In this document: piece after piece, positions 56,465 through 64,000 of the stretch
Layout: the number at the start of each line of letters is the position of its first letter
How positions within the stretch are numbered: the stretch's first letter is position 1
Source: an uncultured Prevotella sp.
Lineage (GTDB): Bacteria; Bacteroidota; Bacteroidia; Bacteroidales; Bacteroidaceae
Length of the DNA: 64,000 nt
Assembly: GCA_905202125.1 (NCBI GenBank)
Contig: CAJKQX010000001.1
Location: 19,273-83,272 of the forward strand
Reading direction: 5' to 3'
Notes under the pieces: generated by a model
What the model saw: only the letters and a program-made list of their open reading frames with translations
The model's database searches: none
Told to the model about the DNA's origin: nothing
Position numbers and translations under genes: made by a program

Positions 56465-58885
56465 ATGAAATCAAAGATATTTTATATAATGGCTTTGTGC
56501 CTTTTCGCGTTTATGCAGACTGTAAACGCACAGAAATTGGATGAGGTTGTTTGGTTCAATTATTCAAAACCGGTAGAGCAATTAGTTACAAAAGAAGGGA
56601 AAGAACCTATCCGTGTATTGATTTTCAACCGAAGTGCGGCTATTGGCAACGACGCAGGCACACGTCCGGGTTTGGGGCGTACAAAAGCATTCTTGACTAA
56701 TGGCGGCGGCTATGGAATGCAAGGTGTTCTGTCGGATTTCGGAACTCGCTTCTATATCACAAGATCGAAAGATTATGATTCGGACAAGGATGTTTACAAT
56801 ATCCATTCTTACCTTACCAATAAGGTGGTGGTAGGCTTGGGCAACTGCTTGTCTTATTCATGGAGCATCTATATGGACAGAGGTGATAGGAAATCAGACG
56901 GCGGTGACAGATCTTACCCTAATTGGTATTTTGAAAAAACAAATACTGAAAATTCGGGAAATACTGATAATTGCGGATATTATTTGAAGAATATGGAAAC
57001 ATTTGACGACATGAAGCAACCATATCTTTATTATAAAAACCACACAACAAGTACCGGAAATGATATTAACACAGTCCAAGTAACTGCCGACGGGTCTTTG
57101 AAAGACGAGTGGTGTTTCATCACCGAGGAAGATTACCGTAAGGCCATGACCGGTTTCTCAAGCAATTTCTATATCGAGGCCTCAGGCTTGATTCACGATG
57201 CGAGTTTCAACAGATTCAATGATTATCAGACTGAATGGAAACCATCTCTCGCCGAGGACGGATATACAGTTTTCCCGATGAAAGAACCATTGGGTGATGG
57301 CCAAACATTGCCGGAAGGTAAAGCTCCGATAGATTATTACGGTTACGAGATTCCTGCAACTACTTATAATCTTCCTTTGAACGAGACTTATCTCAATGCT
57401 CATATCGAAGATGACACTTATGAAGCGATGAAGAATCTTCTGACATACAAGACTCACGTGATGGGTGCATCACAGATGGACCGAGATGTTACAGTAGCCG
57501 TCGAAGCGTCCACCAGTGACGATATGACATTGCCGGGTGATAGTTATTTATTTATGGAAAAATATGGCAAGGACTATTGTGCCGGTATTTATGCCGACGG
57601 TAAATATGAGCAGACTATCAAAGGTGTGCCCGCTGGTACTTATCGCATTACGTGTACGGCAGTAAACACGGGTACAAACGAGTTTAACGGTTCGCTGTTG
57701 GTCAATGGACACAAGGTGAATCTGCCGTTGCTGGCCGAAAAGGACAGTGAATTCCAGAAAATAAAGAAAGAGGTGATAGACGATGCGAAAGCTCGTCGTG
57801 CTCTGCACATCGATGATTATTATTATCAGGGCCTTGATGTATTGGCCGCATCCCGACTGCTTGAGAAAAACAAGGAGAGATTCACCGTAAACTATTACAT
57901 CACAGTGGAAGAAGGTGAAGATATCACCATCGGATTCTCCAATAACAACAAGGATGACAAGGATGCCCTCAACCATCCTGTATTCGCCGACAATTTTCGA
58001 ATGTATCTCATGCAAATGGATTTCCAGGCCTACATCTCTGCCAACAATGTCACTGCTGCGAACTTGGACAAGTTCGACTACAAGCAACCTGTGGATCTCT
58101 ATGTACGCCGCGCATTCACTGAAGGCTGGAATCCCATCGTGTTGCCGTATGACATCACTCTCGGCGGTGCACAATCCGGTATCGGAGAAGGTGTCAATCT
58201 GAGCAAACTCATCGGTATCAATCCTGATGATCCGAAAGAGGTCCTCTTTGAATTTACCAATCAGCTTAAGGCCGGCGAGTGCGGACTGATCTACATCCCC
58301 AAGAAGACTGATACAACACCATCTTCTGAAAAGGCCCTGAAAATTCTGAATGCACCGTTTAACTTGGGTGCTAATGAGGCGGCACATACTGTCGATAAGA
58401 CCATCCACGGTCCTTACTACTGCATCAACGGTGCATTGAGATCGGGCGATGAGAATGGATATTATTATACAGAAGACGCTGATACCGAGGTGGACAAAAC
58501 TTACGAGACAGGTGATAACAATGAATACAAACTCCATTTCCACGGATATTATTACAAACCCGAAAACACAGCATGGCCGGCCGGTTCGTATGTCATGGAA
58601 AATGGCACAATGTATCAGCTCCAAAGCGATTGGGGCAGGGTGTATGGCACAATGTGGTATCTGACCGAACCGGAAAGCGCACTGCAATCGGCCCCCAAAG
58701 TGTTCAACATCAACGGTGTGGTGGACGGAGACGTGACCTCTATCAGTGGTGTCGGCGTGGAAAGCGAGACATATAGTAACAAGGTGTACAATCTCAACGG
58801 ACAGTATGTGGGTACAGCAGCCGACATCGACCGTCTGCCAAAGGGAATGTATATCACCAACGGCAAGAAGATGGTCGTGAAATAA
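56465..58885 (+). CDS. large secreted hypothetical protein with T9SS C-terminal sorting domain
   Basis: 806 aa. Signal peptide. C-terminal ~80 aa (KVYNLNGQYVG...LPKGMYITNGKKMVVK) matches the Por secretion sorting domain. No catalytic motifs recognised. Confidence 0.6.
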   Translation: MKSKIFYIMALCLFAFMQTVNAQKLDEVVWFNYSKPVEQLVTKEGKEPIRVLIFNRSAAIGNDAGTRPGLGRTKAFLTNGGGYGMQGVLSDFGTRFYITRSKDYDSDKDVYNIHSYLTNKVVVGLGNCLSYSWSIYMDRGDRKSDGGDRSYPNWYFEKTNTENSGNTDNCGYYLKNMETFDDMKQPYLYYKNHTTSTGNDINTVQVTADGSLKDEWCFITEEDYRKAMTGFSSNFYIEASGLIHDASFNRFNDYQTEWKPSLAEDGYTVFPMKEPLGDGQTLPEGKAPIDYYGYEIPATTYNLPLNETYLNAHIEDDTYEAMKNLLTYKTHVMGASQMDRDVTVAVEASTSDDMTLPGDSYLFMEKYGKDYCAGIYADGKYEQTIKGVPAGTYRITCTAVNTGTNEFNGSLLVNGHKVNLPLLAEKDSEFQKIKKEVIDDAKARRALHIDDYYYQGLDVLAASRLLEKNKERFTVNYYITVEEGEDITIGFSNNNKDDKDALNHPVFADNFRMYLMQMDFQAYISANNVTAANLDKFDYKQPVDLYVRRAFTEGWNPIVLPYDITLGGAQSGIGEGVNLSKLIGINPDDPKEVLFEFTNQLKAGECGLIYIPKKTDTTPSSEKALKILNAPFNLGANEAAHTVDKTIHGPYYCINGALRSGDENGYYYTEDADTEVDKTYETGDNNEYKLHFHGYYYKPENTAWPAGSYVMENGTMYQLQSDWGRVYGTMWYLTEPESALQSAPKVFNINGVVDGDVTSISGVGVESETYSNKVYNLNGQYVGTAADIDRLPKGMYITNGKKMVVK

Positions 58886-59036
58886 CACATTATCATACTA
58901 TCGGTCGGATGACCTACAAAAAACTACGACGGTGTGGCAAGAAGCAATTGCCACACCGTCGTTGCTTTGTAGGTGTAAACATTATTTTGTATTGGAAAAA
59001 TGTTAATTTTGTGTCCCGCTTACGTCGAGATAATTA

Positions 59037-59064
59037 AGAATACGCAACTATCTCAGGAGATAAC
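59037..59064. repeat. 28-bp element, inverted partner of 50856-50883
   Basis: GAGATAATTAAGAATACGCAACTATCTC, preceded by AAAATGTTAATTTTG-N15. Confidence 0.8.
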
Positions 59065-59229
59065 TGTTAAAATTGCGTCCCATTTTTGCGATATTTCCGA
59101 GAGAGGTGATTGCTCGGCCGAAATACGCCAAATTTCGCCGCTTTGCGTAAATCGGTGTGTATCAATCTGATATGCGATACGCACATTTCCAGGGACATCA
59201 AAAGACATTCAAAAATCACGAAAATGTCC

Positions 59230-59316
59230 CCAAAAAGAGCCCGACTTGGGTTCCGAAAGGGCCTCTTTCGCCTCCCGAAAGGGTTCCTTTCGCACTATAA
59301 AAGGGCCTCTTTCACA
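59230..59316 (+). repeat. triple-hairpin AAAGGGCC-type element (copy 3)
   Basis: CAAAAAGAGCCCGACTTGGG / CCGAAAGGGCCTCTTTCG / CCGAAAGGGTTCCTTTCG / AAAAGGGCCTCTTTC. Confidence 0.7.
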
Positions 59317-59518
59317 AATCAAGTGTATAAAAATCGGGAAATCGGATGGTTTTTCACGTTCCGGAATACGATTTTTCCCATTTCCCGGCTTCGTATCTTT
59401 CTAAAATGAAAGTAAATCCTGCAAAAACGAAATGTTAAAAATTTGGATTTGCATGCGCGACATTTAGGCATCAAAAGTAGGGTCTCACCTGTTGCGGCCC
59501 TACACCGAAGTACATTGA

Positions 59519-59562
59519 TTAACCCAAATCGTCATTAGAGTTCATGACCGATTTGGGTTAAA
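59519..59562. repeat. MITE/REP-like palindromic element, minimal form (copy E)
   Basis: TTAACCCAAATCG-TCATTAGAGTTCATGAC-CGATTTGGGTTAAA. Perfect 11-bp inverted arms. Confidence 0.75.
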
Positions 59563-59653
59563 TTTGGATATTTTGACAAAAATAGTTGCAACACACTGTT
59601 TTTATTATTACTTTTGTCAGTAATTACAATATTTGGATATTAATTTGTAAATT

Positions 59654-60676
59654 ATGAAGGATATAGATTGGGCTGGGCTGTCGTTCGGCTATATGCCCAC
59701 AGATTACAACGTGCGTTGTAACTATCGCAACGGTAAATGGGGCGAAATAGAAGTATGCTCCGATGAGTATTTGAAACTGCACATGGCAGCCACTTGTCTG
59801 CATTACGGACAGGAAGCTTTTGAGGGATTGAAGGCTTATCGTTGTCCCGACGGCAAAGTGAGAGTATTTCGTATGAAGGATAACGCAGAACGACTGCAGG
59901 GTACATGCCGCGGCATCATGATGCCCGAGTTGCCCACAGAGCTGTTTTGCGAGATGGTGGAAAAAGTGGTGCGTCTCAATCAGGAATACATCCCGACATA
60001 CGAGAGCGGTGCCACACTCTACATCCGCCCATTGCTTATCGGTACGAGCGCACAAGTGGGTGTGCATCCCGCAGATGAGTATATGTTCCTTATCTTCGTG
60101 ACACCCGTGGGACCGTATTTCAAAGGCGGTTTTTCAACAAATCCATACGTCATCATTCGCGATTACGACCGTTCGGCACCGCTCGGCACAGGTATGTTCA
60201 AGGTGGGCGGCAACTATGCCGCATCGCTCAAGGCCAACAGTATAGCACATGAGAAGGGATATGCCTGCGAGTTTTATCTCGACGCCAAAGAAAAGAAATA
60301 TATGGATGAGTGTGGGGCCGCCAATTTCTTCGGAATAAAGGACAATACATACATCACCCCGAAATCAACGTCGATACTACCGAGTATCACCAACCGCAGT
60401 CTCATGCAGCTGGCCGAGGACTACGGCATGAAGGTGGAGCGTCGACAGATACCCGAGGAAGAGCTCGAGACATTCGAGGAGGCCGGTGCTTGCGGTACGG
60501 CTGCCGTAATCAGTCCGATATCCTACATCGACGATCTGGACACAGGCAAACGCTATACATTCAGCGCCGACGGCAAACCCGGACCGATATCCAAGAAACT
60601 GTACGACCATCTGCGCGCCATACAATATGGAGTGGAGGAAGACAAGCACGGATGGACAACGGTGGTGATAGGCTGA
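59654..60676 (+). CDS. ilvE: branched-chain-amino-acid aminotransferase
   Basis: 340 aa. Fold-type IV PLP enzyme with EAFEGLKAY, GTGMFKVGGNYAASL and EAGACGTAAV motifs. Confidence 0.88.
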   Translation: MKDIDWAGLSFGYMPTDYNVRCNYRNGKWGEIEVCSDEYLKLHMAATCLHYGQEAFEGLKAYRCPDGKVRVFRMKDNAERLQGTCRGIMMPELPTELFCEMVEKVVRLNQEYIPTYESGATLYIRPLLIGTSAQVGVHPADEYMFLIFVTPVGPYFKGGFSTNPYVIIRDYDRSAPLGTGMFKVGGNYAASLKANSIAHEKGYACEFYLDAKEKKYMDECGAANFFGIKDNTYITPKSTSILPSITNRSLMQLAEDYGMKVERRQIPEEELETFEEAGACGTAAVISPISYIDDLDTGKRYTFSADGKPGPISKKLYDHLRAIQYGVEEDKHGWTTVVIG

Positions 60677-60744
60677 AAAAGCTATTCCATATAAATCAGA
60701 GACAATCGGAAAACATTTATTAACACACAAAAAACAGATCAATT

Positions 60745-61263
60745 ATGTTGAACAAGAAAGTAGAAGAGGCTCTTAATGCCCAAATCAATGCGGAAATGTG
60801 GTCGGCTTATCTATATCTGTCGATGGCCGCATTCTGCCATTCACAAGGTAATTCCGGATTGGGAAAATGGTTTGAAGTACAGTTCCAGGAGGAGCAGGAC
60901 CATGCGAAGATATTATACAATTATATCATCTCACGTGGCGGCAATGTGACCCTGACTGCGATAGAAAGTGTTCCGACAACATGGAACTCGATACTCGAGG
61001 TGTTCGAGTCTACACTTGAGCACGAGCAGAAAGTGACATCACTCATCAATAATCTGTTTGCCCTGACAACAGCCGAGAATGACTATGCCACACAGAGCAT
61101 GCTCAAATGGTTTATCGACGAGCAGGTGGAGGAAGAGGAGACCGCCCAGACCATCATCGACAACCTGAAGATGATCAAGGACAACGGATACGGTCTGTAT
61201 ATGCTCGACAAAGAACTCGGAGCACGTACATACACACAGGCATCGCCGCTGGCAGGCAAGTAA
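60745..61263 (+). CDS. ftnA: non-heme ferritin
   Basis: 172 aa. Ferroxidase-centre residues in EMWSAYLYLSMAA ... QEEQDHA ... LEHEQ. Confidence 0.88.
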   Translation: MLNKKVEEALNAQINAEMWSAYLYLSMAAFCHSQGNSGLGKWFEVQFQEEQDHAKILYNYIISRGGNVTLTAIESVPTTWNSILEVFESTLEHEQKVTSLINNLFALTTAENDYATQSMLKWFIDEQVEEEETAQTIIDNLKMIKDNGYGLYMLDKELGARTYTQASPLAGK

Positions 61264-61288
61264 TGTAATAAGTGCACCTTATTATATA

Positions 61289-61327
61289 TTAAACCCAAAT
61301 GGGGCTAATGACCGATTTGGGTTAAAC
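61289..61327. repeat. MITE/REP-like palindromic element, minimal form (copy F)
   Basis: TTAAACCCAAATGGGGCTAATGACCGATTTGGGTTAAAC, 26 nt after the ferritin stop. Confidence 0.7.
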
Positions 61328-61430
61328 AACAAAAAGCGTATCGACAATATACCGATACGTTTTTTGCCTTATATGAATTATGCGTGATGCTTTATGAGCG
61401 GATATGATACAGCAAGCCAATGTATAATAC

Positions 61431-62444
61431 TTACATGTCCATGTTCAGAATTTGCTGTATGCTGTCAACCGATTTGCCTGTGGCAAGAGCAATGTCTTCA
61501 ATGCCTATTCCTTTTTTAAGCATGCTTGTCGCCATTTTTCTTAGCAACTTGTTCTGTTCTGTTATTATGTTGTTCTGTTCGGAAATCTTGTTGTTCTGTT
61601 CGGAAATCTTGTTGTTCTGTTCGGAAATCTTGTTGCTCTGTTCGTTCAACAAAGAGTCTTGCTCTTTTATCTTTTTGTCACGAGCCATAATGGCTGTGTC
61701 ACGATTTTCTATCGCAGAGAAAAACTCATCCTCCACATTCATGTCGTGCCTGAGTTTGGTGTCCGATGCTGCGGCGAGCAAGCGTCTCAGTAAGTAAACC
61801 ATATCGTTGTCGTCAGAATATATATCCTCGTCAAGTGTGAGCACCTGACGGTTGGAACCCTCTTTCAGATGTTGGTCAAATACACTCAGCACCTTGTCGA
61901 GTTTGTTGTTAATCTGTCCGTGCAACAATGGAATCTGCACAATAATGCTGTCATGTACAAGACTGTCGACAAAAGGATTGGGCAAACCCTTGACAACCTC
62001 CTTGCCTTGATAGCTGAAAGCCTTATGGTTGACGTAAAGTACAGGTTCCTCTATGTCACCTACACGATGTCCAAGCAAGTAAACCGTTACCATTGGAATG
62101 GCATAGCCCTCGGGATTGTTCTCCTGAAGAATGTTCTCTGGGTTGGCATAATGGGCGCCGAGATATTGACGGAAACGCAAAGTCTCGGTCTCGAGCCATG
62201 TCTTCTGCAGTTCTATCAAAATGAGTTGCAAACTACCGTCCTCTTTGCGAATCTGGGCACCAAAATCTATTCTGAACATTGATACCTTGTCACGTGTGCC
62301 ATTAGTATATTCGTTGCGGCGCACTTTTACATCCACTACCTCTTTCTTGAGCAAGGCCGACAATATAATCTTGGCAATACGCTCGTCTTCCATGAGATAT
62401 TTGAACACCGAGTCGTAAATTGGATTGGCTATATGAATCATCAT
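61431..62444 (-). CDS. PD-(D/E)XK nuclease-family (Rpn/YhgA-like) putative transposase with heptad-repeat C-terminus
   Basis: 337 aa. N-terminal IANPIYDSVFKYLMEDERIAKIILSALL and LILIELQKT motifs typical of the PDDEXK_2 family. The C-terminus carries SEQNNKI heptad repeats. Confidence 0.65.
   Translation of the reverse strand: MMIHIANPIYDSVFKYLMEDERIAKIILSALLKKEVVDVKVRRNEYTNGTRDKVSMFRIDFGAQIRKEDGSLQLILIELQKTWLETETLRFRQYLGAHYANPENILQENNPEGYAIPMVTVYLLGHRVGDIEEPVLYVNHKAFSYQGKEVVKGLPNPFVDSLVHDSIIVQIPLLHGQINNKLDKVLSVFDQHLKEGSNRQVLTLDEDIYSDDNDMVYLLRRLLAAASDTKLRHDMNVEDEFFSAIENRDTAIMARDKKIKEQDSLLNEQSNKISEQNNKISEQNNKISEQNNIITEQNKLLRKMATSMLKKGIGIEDIALATGKSVDSIQQILNMDM
61548..61650. repeat. 21-bp tandem repeat (three perfect units plus degenerate flanks) inside the coding sequence
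   Basis: TTGTTCTGTTCGGAAATCTTG x3 at 61570-61632. It encodes the (EQNNKIS)n stretch on the minus strand. Confidence 0.85.
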
Positions 62445-62649
62445 GTGGCTTAAATGTTTTTATATTTATCAGACTTTGCAAATATAAGAAAAAAACTTAA
62501 ATTACGAATCTAATCAACCGAAAAACAATAGACTCATATTTTTTCTTTCAGTCGGATTCCAAATATACATTTATCTCATTTAATAATATAAATGAATTTG
62601 CATTCTCTTCACTTAATCGAATTTTTGCACTATCTTTGCAAGACATTAA

Positions 62650-63435
62650 ATGTATATATTGACAATGAGCAAAGGAAAATTAGCAAAGTTTGCCGATATG
62701 GCACGCTATGAGAACGTGTTTCAATATCCATACTCCGTAGTCGAGCAAGTACCTTTCGAAATGAAAGGCCATTGGCATGATCAATATTTCAAGAACGATA
62801 ATCCCATAGTGTTGGAGTTGGGATGCGGCAGGGGTGAATACACCGTGGAACTGGCCCGGATGTTTCCCGACGTCAATTTCATTGGTGTGGACATCAAGGG
62901 TGCACGTATGTGGTCGGGAGCTACACAGGCCTTGAACGACAAACTGGGGAATGTGGCTTTTCTGCGTACCAATATCGAAATCATCGACCGATTCTTCGCT
63001 CCCGATGAGGTGCAGGAGATATGGCTCACCTTCAGCGACCCGCAGATGAAGAATGTGCGCAAACGTCTGACAAGTACATGCTTCATGGAGCGCTACCGTA
63101 AATTCCTGACCGATGGCGGCATCATACATGTGAAGACGGACTCCAATTTTCTCTTCACCTACACCACGTATATGGTTGAGAATAATGCGCTGCCGCTCAT
63201 ATTCCGCACCGAAGACCTGTATCATACCGACGGACTTGACCCGCAGACCCAAGAGATACTCGGCATCAAGACCTATTATGAAAGTCAGTGGATAGAACGA
63301 GGACTGAACATCAAATACATGAAATATCGTCTGCCTCACAATGTGGAGTTGCACGAACCGGACGTGGAGATACCGCTCGACGACTACCGCAGCTACAAAC
63401 GTACGAAACGCAGTTCGCTCGAAAAGGCCAAATAA
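62650..63435 (+). CDS. trmB: tRNA (guanine46-N7)-methyltransferase
   Basis: SAM-binding motif [10 protein letters not shown]. The start may be the Met at 62665 (MSKGKLAKF). Confidence 0.88.
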   Translation: MYILTMSKGKLAKFADMARYENVFQYPYSVVEQVPFEMKGHWHDQYFKNDNPIVLELGCGRGEYTVELARMFPDVNFIGVDIKGARMWSGATQALNDKLGNVAFLRTNIEIIDRFFAPDEVQEIWLTFSDPQMKNVRKRLTSTCFMERYRKFLTDGGIIHVKTDSNFLFTYTTYMVENNALPLIFRTEDLYHTDGLDPQTQEILGIKTYYESQWIERGLNIKYMKYRLPHNVELHEPDVEIPLDDYRSYKRTKRSSLEKAK

Positions 63436-63553
63436 TGGCCTGTAATGTATAAAACGTAAAATATATTTTAAACTAAGTTAAATTTTTGACTTTTCAGTGT
63501 ACAAAATCGGTTTATGATTGTATTACCTTAAAATAGCCCAAACGATAAACCAA

Positions 63554-64000
63554 ATGAATATGAAAACAAAACTATTGCTAATTTCATCATTGTTGAGCGT
63601 GACAACATTCTCGTTGACTCAGGCTCAACAGAAGAAATCTCCGGTATCGTATGTCAATCCGATGATTGGCACAAGTGGTATGGGGCACACATTCCCGGGA
63701 GCCTGCGCTCCGTTCGGAATAGTACAGTTGAGTCCCGAGACCGACACCATTCCCCAGAACATAGATGGCCGATATCAAGGCAAGGTGTATGCCTATTGCG
63801 CCGGATATCAGTATGACGACCCGACAATCGTGGGATTCAGCCATACCCATCTGAGCGGTACAGGTCATTCAGATCTGGGCGACATCATGATAATGCCGCA
63901 GGTGGGAGTGCTCCGACTCAATCCCGGCACAGCCGACAATCCCGACGCCGGATACCGCTCGCGCTACTCGCACTCGACGGAGACAGCCACACCGGGATAT
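63554..64000 (+). CDS. glycoside hydrolase family 92 alpha-mannosidase (partial, N-terminal 149 aa)
   Basis: Signal peptide, then VNPMIGTSGMGHTFPGACAPFGIVQLSPETD, the GH92 N-terminal signature. It runs off the 3' edge of the window and is therefore absent from the ORF track. Confidence 0.75.
   Translation, partial: MNMKTKLLLISSLLSVTTFSLTQAQQKKSPVSYVNPMIGTSGMGHTFPGACAPFGIVQLSPETDTIPQNIDGRYQGKVYAYCAGYQYDDPTIVGFSHTHLSGTGHSDLGDIMIMPQVGVLRLNPGTADNPDAGYRSRYSHSTETATPGY

Noticed and set aside
57548-58888. 446-aa minus-strand ORF antisense to the T9SS protein gene
   Set aside because: Cys/His-rich low-complexity translation with no signal or motifs. The sense-strand ORF has a signal peptide and a T9SS CTD.
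50856-59064. 28-bp inverted repeats as ends of an 8.2-kb transposon or invertible segment
   Set aside because: The interval contains only housekeeping-type genes with no recombinase or transposase. A shared promoter or leader motif is the simpler reading. The recombination idea is kept as a low-probability alternative in the findings.
61548-61650. Possible CRISPR array
   Set aside because: The units are contiguous 21-bp tandem repeats without spacers and lie in-frame within a coding sequence. No cas genes are present.

Overview
This 64-kb window looks like Bacteroidales chromosome: AT-leaning coding DNA, TTTG / TAnnTTTG promoter-like motifs, and several proteins ending in T9SS C-terminal sorting domains. 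Most of it is densely packed housekeeping genes. The recognisable ones are carB-carA-purF-glmS, ligA, dapA, truA, rnz, mazG, valS, pyrG-yidC, xseAB, ilvE, ftnA and trmB. Alongside these are transporters (DASS, MFS, MATE, CaCA, EamA, FecCD-type permease and binding protein), two ECF sigma/anti-sigma modules, an S9 peptidase, and a partial GH92 mannosidase at the 3' edge.

Four things stand out.

1. A tightly coupled minus-strand deoxy-aminosugar operon at 43.3-50.7 kb: rmlB, a small sigma-70 region-4-like protein, a PurT-type ATP-grasp formyltransferase, an FdtA-like isomerase, an FdtB-like aminotransferase, a FemAB/GNAT-like acyltransferase and a polytopic membrane protein. It lacks the usual LbH acetyltransferase or folate-dependent formyltransferase, which suggests an unusual N-acylation chemistry.

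2. Two co-occurring families of short non-coding repeats in three intergenic islands (11.3-12.1 kb, 37.2-39.7 kb, 59.0-59.6 kb). One is a MITE/REP-like palindromic element with AACCCAAATCG...CGATTTGGGTT ends (six copies, about 40 to 200 bp). The other is a ~90-bp element of three small AAAGGGCC-type hairpins (three copies). One island isolates an orphan ATP-grasp gene.

3. A pair of 28-bp inverted repeats with shared promoter-like flanks, 8.2 kb apart.

4. An apparently GC-richer block from about 41.5 to 55.7 kb.

I found no rRNA, tRNA, CRISPR array, integrase or prophage.
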